DNA of 26,549 nucleotides from a virus (lineage: Duplodnaviria > Caudoviricetes): the IMG/VR virus record IMGVR_UViG_3300037511_000418, positions 1 through 26,549 of that record; one strand, 5' to 3'. The notes under the pieces are model-generated. The model made no database searches. It was not told where the DNA came from and saw only the letters and a list, made by a program, of their open reading frames with translations. Positions 8,877 through 16,669 of this stretch are shown here, piece by piece (positions within the stretch are counted from its first letter, which is position 1; each line of letters opens with the position of its first letter). The position numbers and the translations under genes were made by a program.

Positions 8877-9628
8877 TGTTCCCCGTCCGCGCCATCCACC
8901 AGATCGAGATGACCAGCAGGTGCAACCTCGCCTGCAAGTACTGCGTTCATCCGAAAATGGCGCGGCCGAAGATCGACATGGACGACCGGACGTACGCCAT
9001 GGCGCTGCTCTGGGCTCGTCGGCTTCCCGGTCCCGAACTGAACCTCGCCGGTATCGGTGAGTCGACCATGCACCCCGAGTTCGTGCGCAACGTACACCTC
9101 GCGCGCGAAGCCATCGGTCCGAACGTGCCGCTCATCCTGGCCACGAACGGCGTGACGATGACGCGCGAGATGGCACATGCCATCGCACCGACCCGCATCC
9201 GCGTCTGGGTGAGCCTGCACAGACCGGAGAAGGGCGGCCCGGCGGTCGAGATGCTCCGCGAGGCGGGCATCCTCGCGGGCGTGTCATGCGATGCCGCTAT
9301 CGAATCGGTCGACTGGGCGGGCCAGGTCAAATGGCACGTGTCCACCCATCAGAAGGGCCTGCCGTGCCCGTGGGTGAAGAACGGCCGCGTTTTCGTGCTC
9401 GCAGACGGGCGAGTCGCGCGCTGCTGCTTCGATGCCACCGCGGAAGACATCCTCGGCACGCTGGACGATGACATCCCGTCGCTCCAGACCGCGCCCTACA
9501 AGCTCTGTCGCTCATGTCATCTCGACGTGGGCGTTCCCATGCCGTCCGCGAAGCTTGCGGACATTCCCATCAAACTGGAGGCACAAGTGGCCTATCGACA
9601 AGTAGCTGGAGGCACAAGCGTGCCATAG
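8873..9628 (+). CDS. Radical SAM protein with SPASM/twitch-like domain (copy 2)
   Basis: CNLACKYC, GIGESTMHP, ATNG; CPW...GRVARCCFD...CRSC; clear paralog of 7999-8694. Confidence 0.9.
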   Translation: MMFPVRAIHQIEMTSRCNLACKYCVHPKMARPKIDMDDRTYAMALLWARRLPGPELNLAGIGESTMHPEFVRNVHLAREAIGPNVPLILATNGVTMTREMAHAIAPTRIRVWVSLHRPEKGGPAVEMLREAGILAGVSCDAAIESVDWAGQVKWHVSTHQKGLPCPWVKNGRVFVLADGRVARCCFDATAEDILGTLDDDIPSLQTAPYKLCRSCHLDVGVPMPSAKLADIPIKLEAQVAYRQVAGGTSVP

Positions 9629-12600
9629 ATATCGTCATTTACGCGGCAGGCATGCCGTTCGACGGGAACACCGTCAAGACCAAATCCCTCGGCGGGTCCG
9701 AATCCGCTGCCTACTATCTCGCGCGCGAGCTCGCGCAACGCGGCCACCGCGTCTCCTGCTGGACCAGCACCGACAAGGACGTCATCGTCGATGGCGTCAC
9801 GTACTGCTCGGTCGGTGCGCACACCCAGGAAACCCCGCTCGGCGAGCGCTTCGATCACTACGCGTCGCACACGCCGATCGACGTACTGATCATGCAGCGC
9901 CAGCCCCACGCATTCCACAAGCGCTGGAATGCGAAGGTGTGCATCTGGCAGCTTCACGACCTTGCGCTCTACCGTAGCGCCGCGCACATGCTCAACGGCA
10001 TGTGGCAGGTCGATGCGGTCACGACCGTGAGTCAGTGGCACGCCGATCAGGTGCGGAAGGTCTGGAGCCTGCCGGCCGACATCATCCGCGTCGTGCCGAA
10101 CGGCGTGGACCCAGCGCTCTACGAATCTACGCCAACGAAGCCGTGCATCGCGTTTCGTGGTGACACGACTGAGGTCCTCAACGATCCGCGTGACAACAGC
10201 GTCATGCAGGTCCTTCTGCCGGCGACTCCATTCAAGCTGCTCTACCAGTCGCGCCCAGAGCGCGGGCTAGAGCACCTCGTGCGCCCGGGCGGCATCATGG
10301 ACCGCGTACGCGATCTGCCGGTACACCTCGTCGTGTGCGGATATGACAACACGATGCCGGCCGTTGCCGACCTCTACCAGAAGCTCATGGCGCAGGCGGC
10401 GGAACTGCCGAACGTCTCGATCATCGGCGCGCTGAACAAGCCGCAGCTCGCGGAGCTTCAGAAGAAGTGCGACCTGCTCATTTACCCGACCGAGTTCGAT
10501 GAAGTCTCGTGCATCACGGCGATGGAAGCCATGCATGCGGGCTTGCCTATGCTCACGAGCGAGGTCGCGGCCCTACCTGAAACCTGCGCCGACAGCGGAA
10601 CACTGCTGATCCCGCTGGGGCTGCCAAAATTTGTGGATGGTCGAATCGTGCATCCGGCGGACGAGGATGCCTTCGTTGCGAAGCTAGAGTGGCTGTTCAA
10701 GGACAAAGCAGAGTATCCGCGCGAGCTAAAGGTTTTGAAGAACCGACAGACTAAAGCAGCGGAGTCGCGCACCTGGTCCCACGCCACGGACGTGCTCGAA
10801 GGCGTCATCGCAGAGTGTTTCGCGCGCAAGGTGCAGCAGCCCGGTGCCATTCTGCGTTCGGCCATCGAGCGATCAGATATCGCGTTTGCCAAGTGGTACA
10901 GAACGCGCGCGGCCTACCCCCACGTTGGGGGAGTGTTAGACGGCGCATATGTGCATACGCCGCTCACGGGCGTTGCGGCTTCGGCTGCTGAAGAAATCGA
11001 CAGGCTATTTGCCTTCGCCGAATCCGACGAAGCCTACCGCGCCCACTACGCCAAGCACCAGGGCGTCTACTACGACTCGCACGAAGAGGCGGTGATCGGC
11101 GAGGACGTCACCAAGACGACCCGCTTCCGCGGCGTCATGCAGTACATCGTTCAGCACTGCCACAAGACGCAGAACATCGCGCCTCGCGTGCTCGACTACG
11201 GCTGCGCCCACGGCCACTACTCCATCCCCATCGCCAAGACCTTCCCGATGGGGCAGTTCGTAGGTGTCGACATCAGCGAGCGGGCCGTAAAGGCCGCGCG
11301 CAAATGGGCCGATCGGGATCTCGTGAAGAACGCCTCGTTCGTCCAGATGTTCGATGGTGTGCTCGGGACGCTGGAGAAGTTCGACGTGATCGTGGCGGGC
11401 GAAGTGCTCGAGCACGTCATCGACCCGTGGAAGCTGCTCGACGACCTGCGCGCCTGTCTGAAACCGGGCGGCTGCCTGATCATCACCACGCCATATGGCC
11501 GCTGGGAACACTCGGGCACGGTCGCGTTCCGCACGGGCCGGGAACACATGTTCCACTTCGAGCGAGCCGACATCGAGGATATCTGCAGGGGCCACGATGT
11601 CGACATCGCCTACGCGCCCGCCGGGCACGACAGCTCGGGCGAAGGACTCGGCTCCTGGATCTGGGCCATCTGGCCCAAGGATGCACCCTTCGGCCGTCCT
11701 GATTACGAGCGCAAGCTCAGACTCTATGCGCCGCGCGAGACGATCTCCCTGTGCATGATCGTCAAGGATGCCGAGAAGACGCTCAGGAAGTGCGTTGAAT
11801 CGGTGGTGGACTGGGTGGACGAGATCATCCTCAGCGTCGATCCCACCACCGCGGATCGCACGCTCGACGTCTGCCGGCAACTGGCTGGCGACTTCCCGAA
11901 CCGGCCGTTCACGTATGCGCTTGCGGAGAAATCCGCCCGTCGCGACGGCTTTGACGAAGCTCGCAACGAGTCGATCGCGAAAGCATCTGGCGACTGGATT
12001 CTGTGGTGTGACGCGGACGAGGAAGTCCACACCCCGTGGAACCTGCACAAGCTCGCGCGCCATTCGATGCACAACGGCTATGGATTCGGCCAGGTGCATT
12101 ACTCGGTTGGCCCTGAGGCCGTGCTCACCACGGACTATCCATGCCGGTTCTTCCGCAACCGCAAGGGCGTGAAGTTCTACGGTGTCGTGCACGAACACCC
12201 GGAAACCGAAATGGGCAAGGCGGTCACGCACTCCGTCGTTCGTCCCGAGGTGAAGTTCCTGCACTGTGGGTATGTTGACGAGGACGCGCGCAGGAAGCGC
12301 TACCAGCGCAACCTGCCTCTGCTCATGCGCGACCGGCAGAAGTACCCGGACCGCGAGCTCAACAAGTTCCTGTACCTGCGGGATCTCGCGCAGGGAATGA
12401 TGTTCGAGCAGGAACAGATGGGCGGCCGCATCGCACACGAGCATGTCGTGCGGGCGAAGGAAGGCATTCGGATCTTCGAGGAGCTGGTCGCAACGACCCA
12501 GCACATTCGCATGATCTCGGATGCGTTGCCCTACTACACGCATTGTGTGGTGACTTCTGGCGGCGGTTTCGAAAGCGAGATCACCATCAAGGTCGCCAAT

Positions 12601-12729
12601 CCCCAGGCCCCAGCCCTTGCCGTTAACACAGCGATCAAGGGCGCATTTCACTCACGCGAGTTTTTCAAGACTCTCGCCAATCGCTTCATCGAGGAGCCCA
12701 CCAAGCACTATGAAGATCGGTACCTTTGA
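9625..12729 (+). CDS. Multidomain GT4 glycosyltransferase - class I SAM methyltransferase - GT2 glycosyltransferase; probable ATA start at 9625 (track start 9514)
   Basis: GT-B: LGGSE, VPNGVD, EVSCITAMEAMHAGLP (Ex7E). MTase: VLDYGCAHG, FDVIVAGEVLEHVIDP, LKPGG. GT-A: ISLCMIVKD, ARNESI, WILWCDADE (DxD), GVVHE, HCGY. Confidence 0.9.
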   Translation: MDIVIYAAGMPFDGNTVKTKSLGGSESAAYYLARELAQRGHRVSCWTSTDKDVIVDGVTYCSVGAHTQETPLGERFDHYASHTPIDVLIMQRQPHAFHKRWNAKVCIWQLHDLALYRSAAHMLNGMWQVDAVTTVSQWHADQVRKVWSLPADIIRVVPNGVDPALYESTPTKPCIAFRGDTTEVLNDPRDNSVMQVLLPATPFKLLYQSRPERGLEHLVRPGGIMDRVRDLPVHLVVCGYDNTMPAVADLYQKLMAQAAELPNVSIIGALNKPQLAELQKKCDLLIYPTEFDEVSCITAMEAMHAGLPMLTSEVAALPETCADSGTLLIPLGLPKFVDGRIVHPADEDAFVAKLEWLFKDKAEYPRELKVLKNRQTKAAESRTWSHATDVLEGVIAECFARKVQQPGAILRSAIERSDIAFAKWYRTRAAYPHVGGVLDGAYVHTPLTGVAASAAEEIDRLFAFAESDEAYRAHYAKHQGVYYDSHEEAVIGEDVTKTTRFRGVMQYIVQHCHKTQNIAPRVLDYGCAHGHYSIPIAKTFPMGQFVGVDISERAVKAARKWADRDLVKNASFVQMFDGVLGTLEKFDVIVAGEVLEHVIDPWKLLDDLRACLKPGGCLIITTPYGRWEHSGTVAFRTGREHMFHFERADIEDICRGHDVDIAYAPAGHDSSGEGLGSWIWAIWPKDAPFGRPDYERKLRLYAPRETISLCMIVKDAEKTLRKCVESVVDWVDEIILSVDPTTADRTLDVCRQLAGDFPNRPFTYALAEKSARRDGFDEARNESIAKASGDWILWCDADEEVHTPWNLHKLARHSMHNGYGFGQVHYSVGPEAVLTTDYPCRFFRNRKGVKFYGVVHEHPETEMGKAVTHSVVRPEVKFLHCGYVDEDARRKRYQRNLPLLMRDRQKYPDRELNKFLYLRDLAQGMMFEQEQMGGRIAHEHVVRAKEGIRIFEELVATTQHIRMISDALPYYTHCVVTSGGGFESEITIKVANPQAPALAVNTAIKGAFHSREFFKTLANRFIEEPTKHYEDRYL

Positions 12730-13270
12730 CGACCTGCTGAAGTCGGTCGGTCTCGCACGCGTCAGTCGCATGAACGAGCTGATCGACAGCGTTTCCATTC
12801 AGGGTGAATGGGACGTGAAAGTCGTGCGCGCGGACGGTCAGATTGAGCGCAAGACGCTCAAGAACATCGTCACGCGGCCCGGCCTGAACCGCATTGCGCA
12901 CCGGGCGGTGGCAAGCGACACCTCGCCGTTTTTCTACATCGCCATCGGCACGGTGACCGCCGCCGCATCGCTCGACTCGACGCAGGCCGGCCTCGGTGAG
13001 GTCAAGCGCAAGGTTTCAGCGGTCGGCTCGACGCAGGCGCAGTCATCGGAGTGGATCTTCCTCCAGTGCACGTTCGGCGGCGCGGCGGACAGCGTCACCT
13101 CGCTCGCGCTCGACTCGGCCGGCATCTCTGACGGCGTAAACTCCAGTTCCGCGGTCGGCATCTTGGGGAACCAGGTGAATGGCATCGGCGTGACCCTCGC
13201 CAATTCCGATCTTCTGGATCTCACCGTGCGCATTCGCGTGGGCTCGCACGCTGGCGCGCACAGCACCTGA
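12710..13270 (+). CDS. Putative virion structural protein (tail-fibre/collar attachment-type domain)
   Basis: KNIVTRPGLNRIA...YIAIGTVTAAA...LGEVKRK pattern common in phage fibre-base proteins; GAGGAG 12691-12696; start could be 12770. Confidence 0.6.
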   Translation: MKIGTFDDLLKSVGLARVSRMNELIDSVSIQGEWDVKVVRADGQIERKTLKNIVTRPGLNRIAHRAVASDTSPFFYIAIGTVTAAASLDSTQAGLGEVKRKVSAVGSTQAQSSEWIFLQCTFGGAADSVTSLALDSAGISDGVNSSSAVGILGNQVNGIGVTLANSDLLDLTVRIRVGSHAGAHST

Positions 13271-14697
13271 TGGAGGCAAAGATGGTTCATCGACGGATGG
13301 CGATCGCGGTCGCGCTGCTGTGCACGGCACCGCTCATCTACGGTGCTGTGACGACCACGGAGTCCACGCTCGTCTCGCTGTACAAGGGGACTACCAAGAC
13401 GGCGGACTATGGCTCATGGGATGCGTGCCAGACCGCCGCCCGGGATGCAGCGAAAAAGCTGACGACCGGGACGGCCACGTGGTCCTGCAAAGGCGAGACA
13501 CGCAAGCTCGTCGCGACGATCACGGCCGATCCGCCGGCAACCTGTACGGCCCCGAAGCCGGCGGATCTCACGCGTTCGCAGGCATGCCCGCCTGGCACGA
13601 CCGGGTCGTGGCTACAGACGAGCACGGCTACCGCGGTTCCGTATCCGTCGTGCTGGTCCACCGGAGACTTTCTGCCAGCCAGCGCGCCAGCGGGTGCGTG
13701 CACGCCTGTCGTTGTCATACCGCCAACAACCGGGGCTGACAGCCGGTCTGGCATTGCGGTGCTCGAGAATTTCTCGAATCAGCGCAAGGCGAACAACGGC
13801 GCCGATCTCTACTTCGACGTCTACAACGGCAACAAAGGCGATGCTGGCCCGAACCAGTCGGTGCTTGGTGTGGCGAACCACGCGCTGCGTATTTCCGTTC
13901 CGGCAGACAACGTGCTGTATGTCGACGCGGATTCGTGCTGTTACACGAGCGCGCGCGACTTCCTCGCGGGTCACGTGCTTTCCGGCAAGGTTACGAGCGC
14001 GACCAATCGCCTGAGCTTCCTCATGCGCGGAAGCATCGACGCCCCGCGCCGTACGGATGGCGGTGACACCGCAAACGTCGGTACGTACGTCAAGTCCACG
14101 ACGGACCTGTCATCTGGCGCAGAAGGGGCCACGGGCGCGCACTTCTATCACGGGTTCGACCCGGCGTTTTACAAGGACCGCTGGGTGAAGTTCGTCGTGA
14201 CGAACAAGCCGCAGCACCAACGCGGTGGCGCGAACGGTTCGAACTACGAGCCGCAACCGAGCTACTTCCAGCGCATGACCCGCACCTACTACACGCCCTG
14301 GGGGTACTACCCTGGCAATGCGGCGTCCACCTGGGAGCTCGCGCAATTCGAGCTCTACACGGAAGTCGGCGAGGCCGACAGCGACATCGCTTCAATGACG
14401 CTGACCTACAGTGGCAAGCGCTACGAGGTGACATGGGCATCGAGCCGCAGAAAGTCTGAAACCTTCGACGTGCTCTATTCGCTCGACGGTACAGCGTTCA
14501 AGTCCTTCTCTGGTGGCCAGTCGGGCGGCACCGTCTCGAACACCGGGGATGACTACGCGAATGTTTTCTGGGCATCGCCTGCAGTGCCCGAGAGTCCGAA
14601 TGGATTCTGGATCGCCATTCGCAAGCAAGGCTCTACGCTCTTCACGAGCGAATACCTGAACTACCAGATCGGTCCGGGCAACACGGCGATCCCATGA
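13270..14697 (+). CDS. Putative exported protein: signal-peptide-like N-terminus, Cys/Pro/Thr-rich region, beta-rich domain paralogous to 14717-15910 (start may be 13282)
   Basis: MVHRRMAIAVALLCTAPLIYGA; GGAGG 13272-13276 before ATG 13282; shared motifs with the next gene. Confidence 0.75.
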   Translation: MEAKMVHRRMAIAVALLCTAPLIYGAVTTTESTLVSLYKGTTKTADYGSWDACQTAARDAAKKLTTGTATWSCKGETRKLVATITADPPATCTAPKPADLTRSQACPPGTTGSWLQTSTATAVPYPSCWSTGDFLPASAPAGACTPVVVIPPTTGADSRSGIAVLENFSNQRKANNGADLYFDVYNGNKGDAGPNQSVLGVANHALRISVPADNVLYVDADSCCYTSARDFLAGHVLSGKVTSATNRLSFLMRGSIDAPRRTDGGDTANVGTYVKSTTDLSSGAEGATGAHFYHGFDPAFYKDRWVKFVVTNKPQHQRGGANGSNYEPQPSYFQRMTRTYYTPWGYYPGNAASTWELAQFELYTEVGEADSDIASMTLTYSGKRYEVTWASSRRKSETFDVLYSLDGTAFKSFSGGQSGGTVSNTGDDYANVFWASPAVPESPNGFWIAIRKQGSTLFTSEYLNYQIGPGNTAIP

Positions 14698-14716
14698 CGG
14701 GAGGCGCTCGCAGTCG

Positions 14717-15910
14717 TTGACGATCATCAAGGTTCGTCGTGGCCTGAGGGTTCTCAACCCAGGGACCGTGAACACGAAGGTTCTTACGGATCTTCTTGCG
14801 ATGACGGACGGGCGGGTATCTACACGACGGCTTGTCAGGTCGCTAACCGATTCGCTGACGATGACGGATGCGAAGACTACCTCCACTGGCGCAGTCGGCC
14901 AGCAGGTTCAGAATCTGGTCACGTTGGATAATTTCGCCACCTGGCGAAACTCGCCAGTGGGCGACAACGATAAGCTCTTCCGCGAGTACAACGGCAACGT
15001 CCGTGATGCAGGACCCGACCAGACGTGTAACGGCGTCATCAACAACGCCCTGAACATCACCGTTCCGTACCTCATCACGACAGACAACCCCGACGGCACC
15101 AATATCTGGTACGCCCAATTCATTCCGGGGCTGTACAACAATGATCCGCTGTCCTACGTCAAGGGCAACCTGACCTCAGGGACGTGGAACGCGAACATCA
15201 ATCGCATACGCTTCTTCGTACGCACCACCGCAACGATGTCGCGCGACCCCGACTGGGTTGGCAACAACTGCTACATGGGGACGTACTACAAGACGACGAA
15301 TCTCACGGACGGCTCCTACCAGGGCGATCACTACTACCACGATTGCCACACGTCGATGCCGGCGAACAAGTGGGTGATGTTCGATTTCACCAACACGCCG
15401 ACGCACCAAGTAGGTGACAGCGACAACCATCACAACTTCGCGCCGTTCAGCGACTACTTCGACAAGGAGACGCGCTGGTATTTCACGATGTACGGCGACT
15501 ACACCGACGCGCATCAGACATCAACGTGGGAAATGGGGCCGGTCTCGCTGTACTACGACCCCGACGGGCCGCAGAGTCAGACGAACGACCTGCGCGGCAT
15601 CAGCCTGTCGCACGATGGGACGCAATATCGGTTCAGTGCGTGCGGTCCGCGCGACAGCACCACGGTCTTCAACATACGCGCGCGCTACGACGGCGTGCCC
15701 ATGCGCACCGCCGGCTTCAGCACGGGCACGTCGATCGGCTCAGTGCAGGGCCGTGGCGACACGTACACGTGCATGGGCTTGGAGTGGACGCACTCCGAAT
15801 CTACGAGCGGTTTGTATCTGGCGTGGCAGCGCTCGGGACAGTCGACGTTCCGAGAAGTCTATTACCCGTATCAGCCAAGTCCGACGAATCTCGGGCTCGT
15901 CGCGGCGTGA
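14717..15910 (+). CDS. Putative virion-associated protein: two N-terminal Asp-patterned repeats plus beta-rich domain paralogous to 13270-14697
   Basis: KVLTDLLAMTD and RSLTDSLTMTD repeats; YNGN.DAGP.Q, GTY.K, H.YH, STWE motifs; GGAGG 14700-14704, TTG start. Confidence 0.75.
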   Translation: MTIIKVRRGLRVLNPGTVNTKVLTDLLAMTDGRVSTRRLVRSLTDSLTMTDAKTTSTGAVGQQVQNLVTLDNFATWRNSPVGDNDKLFREYNGNVRDAGPDQTCNGVINNALNITVPYLITTDNPDGTNIWYAQFIPGLYNNDPLSYVKGNLTSGTWNANINRIRFFVRTTATMSRDPDWVGNNCYMGTYYKTTNLTDGSYQGDHYYHDCHTSMPANKWVMFDFTNTPTHQVGDSDNHHNFAPFSDYFDKETRWYFTMYGDYTDAHQTSTWEMGPVSLYYDPDGPQSQTNDLRGISLSHDGTQYRFSACGPRDSTTVFNIRARYDGVPMRTAGFSTGTSIGSVQGRGDTYTCMGLEWTHSESTSGLYLAWQRSGQSTFREVYYPYQPSPTNLGLVAA

Positions 15911-16058
15911 GACCCGGATGATCACTCCATTCGGTGAAATGGATCTGGTCTTCTGCAAGGGGGTAGCTGCGGTGCTCTTCCGTGTAGCCGAAAACCAGCA
16001 GTATGGCGAGCGCCAGAAGTGCGAGGCCAGCGAGCACGCAGATGATGATGGTGAACAT
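15801..16058 (-). CDS. Small single-pass membrane protein on the opposite strand
   Basis: MFTIIICVLAGLALLALAILLVFGY hydrophobic helix; AGGAAAGGA RBS just upstream of ATG; fills the only + strand gap (15911-16108). Confidence 0.55.
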   Translation of the reverse strand: MFTIIICVLAGLALLALAILLVFGYTEEHRSYPLAEDQIHFTEWSDHPGLTPRRARDSSDLADTGNRLLGTSTVPSAATPDTNRS

Positions 16059-16095
16059 GACGGGTTCCTTTCCTGTAATTCTTGTTCCCGAGACG

Positions 16096-16125
16096 AGGAT
16101 ATCTCGCCGTGATCTACCTTGTCAC
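16096..16125 (-). promoter_or_regulatory. Possible sigma70-type promoter for the minus-strand membrane ORF
   Basis: Minus strand reads GTGACA-18 nt-TATCCT, ending ~37 nt before the ATG. Confidence 0.3.
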
Positions 16126-16669
16126 GGGACATCCCCGAAGTGGGACCTCCATGCTGATGGCGGCGCTCGAAGCCGGCGGCATGCGCGTTCATCGCAGCGC
16201 GAGGCGTGAATTATGCAACGTCGTCCCTGGGGAACGGACGTACGTCCCGAACCGCGGCGGCCTTTTCGAGCCATCCCGGCAGGAAATGCAGGAGCCTGGC
16301 TGGCCGCGCCATCACGATGGCTGCGCGCTGAAGCTGGTGACGCCCTTTCTAGGCCGACTAGGTGTGCATGAGTACCGGGTCGTTTTCATGACAAGGGATT
16401 TCGAAGAGATCCGCCAAAGCTACCGTGCCGCGTTCGGCGCATCGGTCACGTGCGAGCGGATACAGCAGGAGTGCGAAGAATCTATTCTCACTTTGCGTAA
16501 CCGGCGGGATGTGCGTGATATCCGGTCGCTTGAATACGCGGACGTGCTGGGAAACCCTGCTAGTGCGATCGCATCGCTCGGCTGGCCCGTAGATACCGCC
16601 AGAGCGGCGCGTGTTGTGGATACAGATCAGTATCGCTTCCGCCGAGAGAGGCTCGTAGCAGGGCTGTGA
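16109..16669 (+). CDS. Sulfotransferase-family (P-loop) protein
   Basis: 5'-PSB motif IYLVTGHPRSGTSMLM, 3'-PB-like VFMTRDFEEIRQS, later LEYADVLGNP; GAGGA 16095-16099 before GTG 16109. Confidence 0.75.
   Translation: MIYLVTGHPRSGTSMLMAALEAGGMRVHRSARRELCNVVPGERTYVPNRGGLFEPSRQEMQEPGWPRHHDGCALKLVTPFLGRLGVHEYRVVFMTRDFEEIRQSYRAAFGASVTCERIQQECEESILTLRNRRDVRDIRSLEYADVLGNPASAIASLGWPVDTARAARVVDTDQYRFRRERLVAGL

Noticed and set aside
9514-9624. Track N-terminal extension of the GT fusion (likewise 5430-5513 for the protease)
   Set aside because: Deep overlap with upstream genes, no RBS, low-complexity sequence before the domain start; not formally excluded
11005-12651. 548 aa minus-strand ORF (also 2752-3621, 5619-6386, 6935-7777, 17119-18078)
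   Set aside because: Antisense shadows of GC3-biased genes; no motifs or RBS
7999-12729. Cassette as a DNA hypermodification or queuosine-type pathway
   Set aside because: No recognisable base-modification or replication partner genes and the context is structural; disfavoured, not disproved
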